Part shown: positions 26,258 through 40,880 of the stretch, piece by piece
How the letters are laid out: each line of letters starts with the position of its first letter
Numbering within the stretch: position 1 is the first letter of the stretch
Source of the DNA: the human T2T-CHM13v2.0 reference genome, Homo sapiens
Strand: one strand, 5' to 3'
Assembly: GCF_009914755.1 (NCBI RefSeq)
Contig: NC_060937.1
Length of the DNA: 64,000 nt
Notes under the pieces: generated by a model
The model's input: only the letters and a program-made list of their open reading frames with translations
What the model was told of the DNA's origin: nothing
Database searches by the model: none
Program-made: the position numbers and the translations under genes

Positions 26258-27129
26258 TAAGCAACCCTCTGAAAAATATTGCTAAGGATTTCCAATACAA
26301 CATTTGTGACTTGTCAAGGTGATGCCATTTATTATTAGGTGTGTGAAAAATAAGAAATGACTTGTATTGGCTTATTTTCTTTGTATCCAAGGCACCTTCT
26401 GCATAACTCCCTCCTACCTCTTCTCATTGGACTGTGTGTGTTCACATGTTCATCTTCCTCTAGTCTCTTTGTCACATCAGAACGGAGACGGCACTTCATT
26501 TGTCTTTGTATCCCCAGCAGCATTTCAGCAACAGAGTGGATGCTCAGTTAGGCTTGATGACTGAAAAACGAACAAAAGCCTGGTACACCAAAAAAGTTTA
26601 GAAAATGTTTATAAGAACAAATTGTCTCTTTTGTCACAGAAATACTCTTTGTTATCCTGAAGGCCCTGGTTTGGTCTTGGGGAAAGCACACTAGATCTGG
26701 TATCCTGGTCTAGGGTTCTTGACACACGCATTTTATCATTATCTTACTAGGTCTTAGATTTTTCATCTGGAAAATAAGGGGAATTAGGGCTTGGTCTGCA
26801 TTATTCTAAGGTCTCTTTCAGCTTCAAAAATTCTACTTCTTTGTTAGACAAAGATAATATTACCTCCAGATTAGACACCATAGTCCTACTGCCAAGTGCA
26901 GGCTATTTCTAGATTTTCTACTAATCCTCTAACATCAGTCATTATCTTATTTAATGTCAGAGTCTAGATTTGGCCGAAAGTCCGTTTGTAGAAGCTACAT
27001 TTTAGAAAAACAAATGTACCTAGCTTGAGAATGTAAGCCATCTGGTCATCTGTTATCCTGGTTTCCATGGGAGCATATTTTCCTTTTCGGCCATGGAGGA
27101 AGACCGGGAGGATACCAACAGCCATTCTA

Positions 27130-27622
27130 CATAATCAGAGTTGAAAGAGAGTGAGTATGGCACAAAAGTGGGGAGAAGAGAAAATGGCAAACATGATGGG
27201 ACATCACTTTGTGAGTTTGTATAAAAAACTTTGGTTTCCATCTTGCTAGCCAACACTATTGTCTTCTCAGCTTGAACAATTTGATAAAGCAAGCTGCCTT
27301 GTTGAAGAGACCCACGTGGCAAGAAATTGAGAGCAGTCTTCAACCAACAGCCAGCAAGGAACTAAGGCCCTCAGTCCAGCAATCCACAAGGAACCAAATC
27401 TTGGAAACATCCATGTGAGCTTGGAAGTGAATTATCTCCAGCTGAGCCTTAAGATTACTACAGCCCAGCTGACTTGACTGAAGCTTGTTAGAAATGCTGG
27501 AGTTGAGAACCAGCTCAGCCCTGCCTGGATTCCTGATCCACAGAAACTGTGAGATAATACATGTATTTTAAGCTGCTAAATTTGGGGGTAATTTGTTACA
27601 CAGCAATATATAACTAATATAC
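27130..27622 (+). mobile_element. MLT1 (E/F-like) LTR, 3' part
   Basis: CCACGTGGCAAGAAATTGAG...CAGCCAGCAAGGAACTAAGGCCCTCAGTCC...TAATTTGTTACACAGCAAT. Confidence 0.72.
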
Positions 27623-27794
27623 TTGATATTCAGAAATCACGTATAGTTTGTTATCTGCCACCATGGATATCTAAACACCAGTGACTATCTTTTGTTTCTC
27701 CCCCTGGTGTTTACTTAATCGCTTAAAACTCCATCTGGTCATCTAGCCCCAGCTCTTCGTTTCTAAATACCATTCTCCATTAAAACAACCTAGG

Positions 27795-28870
27795 CTCTTG
27801 GGGAAAGTTGATTCCAGGGTTGGGGCAGAAAAAGGCAAAAGCAGAGCCTGAAACATTTTTTGATGCAAGAAAGTAAGGAGTCCTCCCTAAAATGATGAGG
27901 CAAGTCAAAAGGATACAGAAAGCAACTTGAAGAGCCCCCAGTGGTAAAATCTGAAACAATGTGAACAAGAATTTAAATAATGATTGTAATAGATTATAAC
28001 CCATAGAATAAAATAAATAATTATGAGTTCATACTTATATAAATAAACACATAAAAAAATTAATGTGTGAGAAGGGACAGCAGAATTTAATTAGTAAATA
28101 TAGAAAGAATGATGCAAATAGAAAGTAACTATTAGACAAATTCCACAGTAATCATTATGGATTACACTGTTGCATGACAAAAGAGTGTATTTACATAGTC
28201 TCAAAATATCTTCTTATAAGATATTTATTGCTTATAAAGAGAAAAATAATTTTTAAAAAGTGGGGAAATCTGTAGGATACCGCCTTAAACTAGTGATCAA
28301 ATTTAGCATCACCATGATAAGATATATCAATATCATGTACATCCTGTTATTCACTAAAAAGGGCACAGCATCACTTTGGCAGTGTTCTTGCCAAAAATGT
28401 TTAGCTTCAATCTATTAATATTTATTTTAAAAATCAGGCTGATGCACATTGAGAGTTTTTACTATTATCTTACTCTATTGAGCTCTTTGAGTCTTGGTTT
28501 CTTTATCTGGAAAATAAGGATGTTGGACTGGCTAGTATTCTTCAAAAGTGTTCAAGTCATAAAAGACAAAGACTAAGAACTGCACAGACCAAGGAGAATA
28601 TGGAGACACAACTACATGGCATGCCATGCTTAATCAGAAAAGGGACATTAGAAGGAAAACTGGCAAAACTCAAATAAGATCTCCGAATGAGTAAATATCA
28701 TTGTATCAATGCTAATTTCCTACCTTTGATAATTATACTAGGGTTATGTAAAGTATTGACATAAGGAAAAGCTGGGGGTAAAAAGTAAAGAGAAAGTCTC
28801 GCTACTCTTTTTTGGAACTTTTCTACAAGTCTAAAGTTATTTCAAAATAAAAAGTTTGATAATAAAAAAC
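27795..28870 (+). mobile_element. L1MC-type 3' region with MIR fragment
   Basis: A-rich L1M 3' UTR motifs ending AAGTCTAAAGTTATTTCAAAATAAAAAGTT. Confidence 0.65.
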
Positions 28871-28944
28871 ATCTGGTATTCTAAGAGGATATTCTGGTAG
28901 CCTTTCAATCTCACACCACAAGCGAACAGGTGCAACACCTTTGA

Positions 28945-29306
<362 letters not shown>

Positions 29307-30479
29307 GTATATTGACTATTTTTTATCTAAACTCTTAGAAGATATTAGCTCAGTTTTAATTAATCACTTCTAACTTTATAGAGTCAAGAGTCTACATGTT
29401 TTAGTCTCTATCCTTCACTTCATTCATGATAGAAGAAATTGCTCATCCAAATCTTTAGCAAAGATAAAAATGTGCACATGAAAGGGCCTTATATACTGCT
29501 CTTTAGTCACATTTTTATAAGTTTACATTGTTTACTATGGCATACATAGGCAAACCTCAGTTATCTGCAAAGATCATAGCATGCTACATTTCATGATGCT
29601 GTTAGTAAAAAGTGATAACTAGTAATTATTATGTATTACGTTGGTGGTAGAAACTGTCTATCATTGCCCTAATTGTTTGTCATAATAACTAACATTTGAT
29701 TCCTACTACATATGAAGCACTGAGCAGACCACTTTATAGATTATTTATTTTATTCCTTCAATAACACTATGAGTTAGGCACAGATGAGTCTGCAAACACA
29801 TATTCGCTAGTAATATCTGGCATCAGAGAAAGAGCTAGGTGGGTTATACTGGACCCCAAGAAAGGTCTGTGCTGGAGCAGTGACTGAGTTGTCACAGCAA
29901 CAGGCACTATTTGATCAATTCCCTTCTATTTATGTCTTTTCAATCAGTTTACTCTGTTAGCACTGGGGAAAGGGGAGTAGGCATGGAGGGAAAGAGGAAG
30001 AGAGGAAAGAAAGAAAGAAGGAAAAGAAATCTCAAATTGTCTGAAGAGTCTCAACCTTGTCATAAAAATGAAACTTTCAGTTTGATGTGTTTCAAATTAG
30101 AGAAGTTTCCAATTGGAGGAGAAAGACTCAGGAGGAATATGAAAGACAGTTTTTTAAATGTGAAGGGCTGTTCTGGGAAAGGGGGATTCGAATTGTTGTG
30201 TGTGGCCTGAGAAAGAAGAATAGGGGGCCACTGGGTGGAAGTTTACACAGACACATTTTAGCTCATTATAAAGAAACACTTTCTAACCAGATAGTCCAAT
30301 TACAGGAGATGCTGCCTCAGAACTTTCTGAGCTCTTGGTCCCATGAGTGCTACAGAGGAGGGTGGATGACCAACTCTCAGAGAAGAAGAATAAAAACAGG
30401 GGATTGGTACTTAAATTAAACGACTTTGAAAGTCTCTTCTAGTCAGGATGCTCTGTGAGGAATTCTGAGCCTTTGCTTT

Positions 30480-30559
30480 GCCACTGAATCAGACACTACT
30501 GAGAGAGGTCAGTTTCCAAGCCACTGAATCAGACCCTACTGAGAGAGGTCAGTTTCCAA
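30480..30559. repeat. 40-bp tandem duplication
   Basis: GCCACTGAATCAGAC[A/C]CTACTGAGAGAGGTCAGTTTCCAA x2, one mismatch. Confidence 0.95.
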
Positions 30560-30764
30560 CTCCCTCCTCCATGGTGTCTTAGCTCTGGGCTACCTATTAT
30601 GTTGAGTTGAGAGAAGCAAACTGAATGGGTATTTGGAAATAAGAGGCTGAATCAGACAACCAGTGCATTGCTGTCAGTCTTTCAGAGCTGAGAGAAAACT
30701 ATGAGATCTAAAATTTGGAAGACTCTTAACTTTGTGAACTTTTCTCCTTTTTCTGTAAGTGGGA

Positions 30765-31345
30765 GGCCATGCAGTATGGTGGGTAGGATGTCAGCTGTGG
30801 AGAGCCTGCCTGGGTATAAATCCTGGGTCCCCATCTCCTGGCTGTGGCAGTCATTGGTGCTGTTCTCTCAAATATTTCCATATCTTTTCTCCTGGGAAGT
30901 ACTGACATCTCCCCCCACACCATCACCCCCTCCCCACACACACACAGAGGAGTGTGACCATGTGACACATTCTGGCCAGTAAAATAAAAGAAGTAAAGCC
31001 AGTGTGTGATTTTCAGCCTGGCCCTAAAGTGGGGACAATGTGGAGCACAGCCCCTTGCCAACCATAATGGATATGCAGTGTGAGTGAGAAATAAATCCTT
31101 GTCTTAAGCTACTTAGATTTTAGGAGTGTTATCTCAGCATAACTTAGCCTACCCTGACTGATACATGGGCTCTGGGCCAGTTACTTGACACTGCTAAATC
31201 TCAGACTTATTATACATAAAATGGAATCATAATAGCACCCATCTTCTAGAAGTGCTGTGAGAATCAAGTGAGAGAGTTAATACATACAAAGTCTTAACAC
31301 AGTGCCTGGCTTATAAGTAAGTGCTCAAAAATGTTATCTACTATG
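30765..31345 (+). mobile_element. MIR interrupted by old MLT1 LTR (approx. 30840-31145)
   Basis: MLT1 3' end TGAGTGAGAAATAAATCC...CCCTGACTGATACA followed by MIR core. Confidence 0.6.
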
Positions 31346-31724
31346 ATCACTATACCATAAGCTCCACTGGGTCAGGAATCATGTGCCCAGCACTCAATAG
31401 CAATTTGTTGCTATTGGCCAGGCACTCAATAGCAATTTGTTGAAGAATCAAATTAAGTCATTCTTGACAAGGAGCATCAATGACACCTACCACACTATTG
31501 CTAATCTGATGAATGATATTCAGTTGTAATCTTACTCATTGGCAGCATCCTCCTTGAAACTCCCCCTTTGTTTTCTAAGATATTCCTCCTGGCTGGTTTC
31601 CTCCTAGATCTCTGTCCTCTCCTCAATCTCTTTTCCAGTTTCTCTTTCTACTCCCTAACTATCAAGGGCATTCTCTAGAGTTATGTCTTTGGCCCTCTTC
31701 ACATCAGAGTCACTGGATGGCTCT

Positions 31725-32182
31725 ACAAAGTCCTAAGGCCCAGGTCCCACCTGCAGGTTTCCTGATATAATTGGACTAGGGTGCATCATGGGTATCGGGA
31801 TATTTAAACCACCCTCCTACCACCAAGTGATCATCCTGTGTAGCCAAAGTGGAGAGTTAATGCCCTGCACCTGAACTGTCCACCACAGTGACCACATAAG
31901 ACAATTAAGCACTTGCATTGTGGTGAGTCCAAACTGAGGTGTGCTGTCAGTGTAAAATACATACAAGGTTTAAAAGACTAGTATGAAGAAAAGCATGTGA
32001 AGTGACTCATTCTTAATTTTCATACTGAGCACATGTTGAAACAATGATACTTTGGATGTAGTGGGTTAAATATATTATTCAAATTAATTTTACCTGTTTC
32101 TTTTTACTTTCTGATGTGGTTATCAGGAAATTTTAAATTATATATGTGGCTTATGTTATATTTCTAGCAGACAGAGCTGCTT
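31725..32182. mobile_element. MER5 and MER3/MER33-type hAT relics inside L2
   Basis: CCAAGTGATCATCC...AAAGTGGAGA and GTCCAAACTGAGGTGTGCTGTCAGTGTAAAATAC motifs. Confidence 0.55.
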
Positions 32183-32852
32183 TAGACACTCCTGCTGAGT
32201 GGTGCCATCTTTCTCATGGCTTTTACCACTGTACATTATGATCCACAAATAGGCTTCTCCAGCACCTACTTCTTTTTGAGCTCCAAGCTCACGCATCCAA
32301 CCCAAACACACATCTTCCACAAAATTGGCTCTTCCTCTCCTGGTGCTGCCTGTGGAGCATCAACATCTACTTGTCCACTAGACAAAAGCCTGCAATTCCT
32401 TCCACTTCTCCACATCTTCCCCCAACCATGTGAACCACCTCCTGCACATTCTACTTCCTAAATATTTCTCAAAACTCTGCATTGCTCTTCATCCCCACTG
32501 TTTCTGTCCTCACTGGCTTTCAGTGGTCTATCTTCCATCTAATTTATTGTAGACACCTAGCAAGAGATGGATCATTTCAAAATGCAAATCTCCTCTGTTT
32601 AAAAATGCTTTCATGGCATCAGTGGACTTGAGGATAAAACCCAAAGTCCTAACAATGTCTATCAGGCCTTTCTTGATAAGGTGCTTATCTGTCTCTCCGC
32701 CATTCCCACCTGAGAAATGGGGACTGCCCTGCCCCTCCAGCTACATTGAACTGCTGATTCCTCCAATACACCCTGCTCTCTCAGGACCCTGGATCTTTGC
32801 ACAAACTGCTCTCTTCCTGGAAGGCTGTTCGTGTTCCCCTGCACCTACATAA

Positions 32853-33206
<354 letters not shown>

Positions 33207-33286
33207 TGAAAACTTCCCCAGCCACCCCTTCTCTCAGGCTAAAGGAGAAACTCTTTCTCACCCCACTCCATGTTCTCATACCATAG

Positions 33287-33574
<288 letters not shown>

Positions 33575-34214
33575 TAAGGCTTTTAAAGGAAGTAGCCATT
33601 CCTGACTTGCCTTTGTATCCCTAGTGCCTCACCCAGTACTGGATACAGCATAATAATAACAACAGCAACGATAATAACAATGTTAATAATAGCAGCAGGG
33701 ATTGAGCAGTTACTACATGTCAGAAACTGCTCTCTGCTTCACATGGATTGCCTCTTTTAATAATAACTTTATAGAAGTATATTGAGATAATAAAATTTGA
33801 GCGTGGCCTAGGACTGTGCTAAACACCACAAGACACACTAAGAAGCAGATTCTCTAATCTAAAGAAATTGGAAATATCATCAAGTAACAAAAATAGTGCA
33901 CAATTCTTTCAGGCAAAACTACCACCCAAAGAAAGACATTCAAATAACTTCTAATTTATTAAAGGAAGAGTTGTTCTTGCCATTTAAAAATAAAAATATG
34001 TCAATAGGAATTATAATTATTATGGACAGTTGAGAAGCCAGAAGTGGGAAAAAACGACAAACTATTTAGTGAAACACATGTAGTATGGCATGGCTTTGTT
34101 CACCAAAACATTGACTCAGTATGGAATGTTTCTATTCAATCTTCAATAATCCCTGTTAGTTCATCAATTCAACAAATCTATGTAATATTTATAATACAAC
34201 ATGCCAATGGTTTC

Positions 34215-34264
34215 ATATATATATATATACACACACACACATATATACATACACACACACACAC
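34215..34264. repeat. (TA)n(CA)n microsatellite
   Basis: Seen directly. Confidence 0.9.
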
Positions 34265-35212
34265 CCCATGTGTATTTATGTGAAAATACACAGGAGCTAG
34301 AAGAGAAACACATGAAAGATTTAAAACAACAAAGCCAAACTAAGTATCCAGACCCATGAGAACTTCAGAGTAGGAAGAGATTAGTGTGGATCATTGTAGC
34401 CAGAGGAGCCTTCATGCAGGTAACAAGATTTGAAGAGGAAGCTGTGGGAGGCTGAATATACAGAAGGTAGAAAGAAGGGCTTTCCAGGCAGCAGAAATAG
34501 CATGAGCAAAAGTTTGGGTGAGGCCATGAACTTTTTCAGAGAACGTGCCATTCTGTTAAGTCAAAGTCTTACCCATGTATTTAAAGACACAAAGGGCTGG
34601 TTTCTTCATTTCTCCTGATTCACGTCTGTGCTTTTGTGTCACTTGTGATGCTGGGTGAAAGAAGGTGCCTCTCTGATGTGTGCTAGTCATTCCCAAGGCG
34701 ACAGCTCTGTCAGAGATAAAAATAAGGAAGTATCCTTTTTTATCTCCTTTGAGATGCTAACAGGCTGCTTTCCAGATTGCATTCCAGTCTACAGTTGGTT
34801 AGCAGATTTGTGTACTGGTTCCACCTGGGCATATAAATTACTCTCTCCACTCAAAGTGCTTTGTAGAGCACAAGAATTTATCGTGTGGAGAGGTAACTAT
34901 GGTCTGCTACAGTTTTATCGGTGTCTGTGGAATAATCCTGAGCTTAGAGTAAATTTTAGCACACCAAGCAATTTATATAACAACCAACCTCCAATTATCT
35001 AATTTTCAGAAACAATATATGAAACAATGGGCAGCATTTGTTAGGCACTTACTATGCCTCTGAGATTTGGTGGGGAATGTTCTGTGACAGGGAGACAAAA
35101 CAAGCAGGAAGCAGCCAGAGGTCCACACACTAGGGCTAGGCAGGCTGTAAAGACTCTACTCAGTTCCCAGAGAGTTAGGCTGGGAGATGGCCTTTAGATA
35201 AAGATAGATACC

Positions 35213-35518
<306 letters not shown>

Positions 35519-36387
35519 GATAGATACCTATCTCTTTTCTTGATTTAGATGTAAAAGGTCAGGGATTGGCGACGGGGCAACCAGAACCCTGAGACTAGGA
35601 TCATGGGCTGGGCACTTGGGCTTTCCAGAGATGGAAAGCAAAAGCCATCGACACTTAGCTCTAAGACCTAGCTGCCTACTGTGCCGGGAACATCACCACT
35701 TCCATCCTAATGAAATACGGAAAGAGCACAGATGTGATGTCGTAACAACAGTCCAAGGAAGGGGAGGTGGCAAAATATGAATTTCCTCACAGAGAAAGGG
35801 GAGGTGGCCAAACCACCAAAACGGGGGTGGGCATCAATGGGGTTCACTACATTTGACTTCATGCAGCCTGTCTGAACCCCTTCCTCTTGTTTCCCTTCCT
35901 GCCCTGAAAGGCTATACTGACCATTGCAGAGTCTGAGAGGAGTAAGCAAAGTTAGCAGCTAGTAAGCAAAGTGAGCAGCCTTGGCTGGGCTGAGTCACTG
36001 GAAGGTTCTGAGTGTTCAGAGGCTGCTGCAGCACAGGGTAAGACGTGTGGCCCAGACTCCAGGGCAGTGTCAGAAGAGGCTGCACTTACATGCAAAAGCT
36101 AAACAGGAGTTAACCAGGCAGAGTGGGGAGCACGTGGGCAAAGGGACCAGCAGGAAGAAAGGCAGGGATGTGAGAAAGGCTGGGCCTTTCGGTTCCCTCA
36201 ATATGGCTGCAGGGCAAGGCGGGAAGGGGGAAGACAAAAGATGGACGTGGAGACCTAGCCTCGCATGGCAGGCAAAGGAACCTGCAAATTAGACTGCAGA
36301 CAGTGAGGAGCTCGGCAGATGTAGCATAATTACAGCTGTATTTTACAAAGACTACTCTGATGACAGGATGGAAAAAGTTAACTAGGT

Positions 36388-36765
36388 TTGTTCGGACTGA
36401 ATGTTTGTACCCCCTACTTCTTGCCCAAATGCATATGCTGAAAACTCTAAACCCCAATGTGATGGTATTAGGAGGTGAGGCCTTTGTGAGATAATTAGGT
36501 CATGAGGGTAGAGCTCTCAGGAATAGGATTAGTGCCCTTAGAAAAGAGACTGCAGAAAAATCTCTAGCCCTCTCTCTACCATGTGAGAACACAACAAGAA
36601 GATGGCAGTCTATGAACCAGGAAGAGGACCCTGGGCAGAACCCAACGATGTTGGTGTCTTGATCTTGGACTTCCAGCCTCCAAAACTGTAAGAAATAAAT
36701 GTCTGTTGTTTATAAGCCTCCTAGTCTATGGTACTCTGCTGTAGCAGCCCCAACTGACTAAGACA
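36388..36765 (+). mobile_element. MLT1A-type LTR
   Basis: GGACTGAATGTTTGTACCCC...GTAGCAGCCCCAACTGACTAAGACA. Confidence 0.83.
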
Positions 36766-38012
36766 AGAGTTCAAGGGGGATACAGAAGGCAGTAAAATTA
36801 GTCCAGAAACTGCTGCAATAACCCAAGTACTAAATAAACAAGGTTCTAAACCAAATTGGCAACAGTGGGAATGAAGAGGATGGGATAGATTCAAACTGCA
36901 ACACAGACGTACAAAAGAATACACAGAATTTGGAAACCAATTGGATGCGGAAGGTGAGGAACAGGAGAAGTAAAGTAAACACCATGGTTAAGGCTTAGCT
37001 AACTGAGTAGCTGGTAATGCCACTTACCAAATACTGAATCAGTACTTGTCAGTGCCAAGCTGCTATGTGTATTCCAAGCATCATGGGTTCTGATACAAGG
37101 AAGTAGAGGCTTACAAAACCTCAAGAAGGGCTTGGAGTGGTTTTCAGAAGTGCTACAGCTGCTGTTCAGAAAAAGAGAAGCTTCTTTGAATCTCAAGAAC
37201 TTCTAGAAAGCTTGGACCTCAGCTTACAGTAGCAATGCAGGTCATCTCCAAGAAGCCACTGCAGCTGTCTACACTGCCTACAGCACTGTAACAAATACTC
37301 ACCTGGGAGTTCAGCTAGAGAATGGAAAGTTGAGTTGGGGTAGGCGACGTGATCTCCAAGGAAGGTGTTTGATACACACATCCAGATAACAAGGAAGAGC
37401 TCTGAACTAGAAGGACAGATTTGAAAGCCATGGGGCTTAAAAATGGAATCACCCAGAGAGAACATATGCAGAAAAGTGAGAAAGAACAGGACAGTATCCA
37501 CAGGAGTCCAAATAAGACAAAGATAAGCAGCAACTCAAGCCCCGCCCCCACCCCCACCCACCGTCTAACTTTAGGAGCTCCTCACCTCTTATGGTGAGGA
37601 GCCAGACTCAGCTGATCCCAGTGCAAGCCCTCAGCCTCATGTTCTCTAGCGCATGACCGGAGCTGTATATGGAAGAGGTGGCATATGGATTGAGTGTGCC
37701 TGGCAGATATTGTAAGCCTGAATTTTCTCCAAGTAGGAAAAGATGATGGCCAAGTGCAGGTGGGTAGGGAGGAAAACTTCTGGAAGAATTAAGGCTTGAG
37801 GAGGAAAGATACAAATCAGGTAGGCTATTTTCTACATTAAATTTCAATCCTTGCTATAACTGCTGCCCAGAAAAGAAATACATCTGGTGAAAGTCACATG
37901 GTTCAAGCTAAGTGAAATCAACAATTTTTCTTTGTGCTAAAGATTTCACGGTTTGTCTCATTTGCAATGGGGGAAAAAACTTTTTAAGAGAATAAATCAT
38001 TAGGAGACAACC

Positions 38013-38425
38013 TGCTATGGTTTGGATATTTGTCCCATCCAAAACTCACGTTGAAATTTAATCCCCAATGTGACATTACTGAAAGGGAGGGTCTTTAAGA
38101 GGTTGTCAGGTCATAAGAGCTCTGCCTTCATGAATGGATTAATTCATTTATGAATGAATGGATTCATGGGTTATCATGGGAATGAGACTGGTGGCTTTAT
38201 TAGAAGAGGAACAGATACTTGAGTCCACCCCCCCTCACCATGTGATGCCCTGTGCCACCTTGGGCCTCTGCAGTGAGTTCCCACCACCAAGAAGGTCCTC
38301 ACCAAATGTAGCCTCTCAACCTTGGACTTCTCAGCCCCCATAACTGTAAAAAATAAATTCCTTTTCTTTATAAATTACCCAGTTTCAGGTATTCTGTTAT
38401 AAGCAACAGAAAATAGACTGAGACA
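38013..38425 (+). mobile_element. MST-type (MaLR) solo LTR
   Basis: TGCTATGGTTTGGATATTTG...GACTGAGACA; perfect 5-bp TSD CAACC. Confidence 0.9.
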
Positions 38426-39037
38426 CAACCACATTTCCTAACCAAGTAATTTACAAGATTATTCAAGGAAAGTCAAAACCAATTTCAAAAGCGTGTTCTA
38501 AGAAACAAGTTTGTACAAAGATACATTATTGCAAATAATGCACCTCAAGGCATACTAATTATGTAGTTTCTAAAATTTCCCCCCAAATATGGTCATTTCC
38601 TAAATATAAGAGGGTAAGCGAAGTAAGGGATTGAGGAGAATTATATAGGTTGGAAATGATTTTCTAACAATTTCTCTTCCACCCTTTTTATTCCACCCAA
38701 CAACATCGTTTCATTTCTGTCTCCTAACATCTAATCACTTTTACTCACTATCCAAAGACTGACAATTAACCTCAACAATTTTTGCCATTTTCCAATGAGG
38801 CTTCAAGGTCCATGTTGACACTCACCCAATATCCTGGACCCTCATCTTCTTGACTTCATCTCTAGTGAATTCCTCTTTTTCTCTACCTCAGATACCACCC
38901 TCATGATCTCATTCTTGACTCTCATCACCTGAAACTGTGTCATTTTCAAAAATGAGACTTCTAAAATTTATAACATGTAAATATCCACCTCTGTGACCAC
39001 ACCCTCACATCCTTCCACTTCCCTTGATCAAGCATTC

Positions 39038-39465
39038 TGTAACAGGCTGAATAATGACACCCAAAGACAGCAAGTCCTAAGTCCTGTAAATGTTGCCTTG
39101 TATGGCAAAGACTTTGAATATTCAATTAAATTCTGGATCTTGAGATGGGGAGAGTATCCTTGGATTATCCCAGTGGGCCCTAGATCAAATCACAAGTGTC
39201 CTTATATGAGATATACAGAGAGAGATTTAACACGGACAGAAGACAGGAAGTCAATGTGAAGGCAGAGGCAAAGATCGGAATGATGCAACCACAAGCCAAA
39301 GCATGCTAGTAGCAAAATACGTTGACTAATTAATTAAATTTAAAAATTTTTTAAAGAATGCTGGTAGCCACCAGAAGTTGGAAGAGGCAAGGAATGAATT
39401 CTCCCCACTACAGCCTCAAAGGAAAGCATGGTCCCCACTGATTTCACCCCATTGAAGATGATTTC
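39038..39465 (+). mobile_element. MLT1D-like LTR (partial)
   Basis: TGTAACAGGCTGAATAATG...TGTTGCCTTGTATGGCAAAGACTTTG...CCACCAGAAGTTGGAAGAGGCAAGGAA. Confidence 0.78.
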
Positions 39466-39467
39466 AG

Positions 39468-39692
39468 GGCCAGGCACAGTGGCTCACACCTCTAATCCCA
39501 GCACTTTGAGCAGCTGAGGTGGGACGATCACTTGAGTCCAGGAGTTCAAGACCAGTCTGGGCAATAAAGAAAAGAAAAGAAAAGAAGGAAGGAAGGAAGG
39601 AGAAGGGAAACGAAGGGAAGGAAGGAAGGAAGGAAGGAAGGAAGGAAGGAAGGAAGGAAGGAATGAAGGAAGGAAGGAAGAAAGAAAGAAAG
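39468..39692 (+). repeat. Alu left monomer with tail converted to GGAA/GAAA microsatellite; perfect (GGAA)12 at 39616-39663
   Basis: Seen directly. Confidence 0.92.
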
Positions 39693-39839
39693 TCCAACCA
39701 TTGGCCATCTTTGTGTCAGCAACTGGCAACTAAGTGTTGTTAAAAAAAAACAATTATACAACCAGGCAGATTGATACCACCCAAAATTGATATCTGGGAA
39801 CCTCAGTTGAACCCTCCACACTGCTTACCCTCAGCCATG

Positions 39840-40880
39840 TTCTAGACTATATGTATATCACTGTCAACTCAACATGGAAGTCACAGAGGCACTTTAAATC
39901 CAATGTATCCAAAACTTTTCTCATGATCTCACTCTCCAAACTTACATCTACATGTTCCACAGCTCAGAAAATACTGGCCCTAATACTGTCCAGTTATTCA
40001 TGTCAGAATCCTTGACGTTTTTCTTCTCTCATCCCCTTGATGAATCCATCATCAAATTCTGTTGATTTTAGTGCCTCAAAGTTTCTCAAACCTGGTCACA
40101 TTTCTCCACTTTTTACCAATGTAATATTCAATTCACTGTCATCAATTGTCTGACCTGGGACAATAGCCTCTGCACACGTCTCTGCATCCATTCTTGCTTT
40201 CCTCCTGTTGGTTCATTTGTTATGACCAGAGTTATTGTTTAAAATACAAGTTTAATCATTTTGGCTCTCTGCTTAAAACTGAATATCTGAATATATTCCA
40301 GTTCTTCATAGAATAATGTCCCAAATCCTTAGCATGGACTCCAGCTCTGCTTCATGATTTGGCCTCTTCTCTCTTCGGCCTCATTTTGATTTGTGCTTCT
40401 TCTTAATCCCTTTAAGTTGCAGTCTTGCTGGCCTTATCTCAATTCTTAGAATGCACCAAGTTCTTTCCAGCCCCAAGACCTTTGCCTACACTCTTCTATT
40501 TGAATGGATTGTTCTTTCTTCCTTGCCCCACCCACCATTGCCCCCTCCGCCTAACCTGGTTATTTCTTATTCCTCCTTTAAGTTCCAGCACAAATGTCAT
40601 CTTCTCATGGAAATCTCTACCACCTCCCTGCCTAGGTCACATCTGCTAATGATATCCTGCTAAAGCCCCCTATACTTTACCTTCACGGCACATACCCAAG
40701 TGAAATTGTGAACTACTTGGGTAGTTATTTGATTCATTTAATGTATCTCACTTTCCTAGGTTATAATTTTTATAAGGTCTGGAGCCTTATCCATCTCATT
40801 CCTGGTGACTCTCCAGCACCTAGAACAGTGCTTGGGCCCTAGTAGGTAAGCGAGTGCTTATTCAATTTTGGATGGAATGG
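39840..40880 (+). mobile_element. L2 LINE 3' region
   Basis: Typical L2 motifs ending CCAGCACCTAGAACAGTGCTTGG...TAGTAGGT. Confidence 0.68.
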
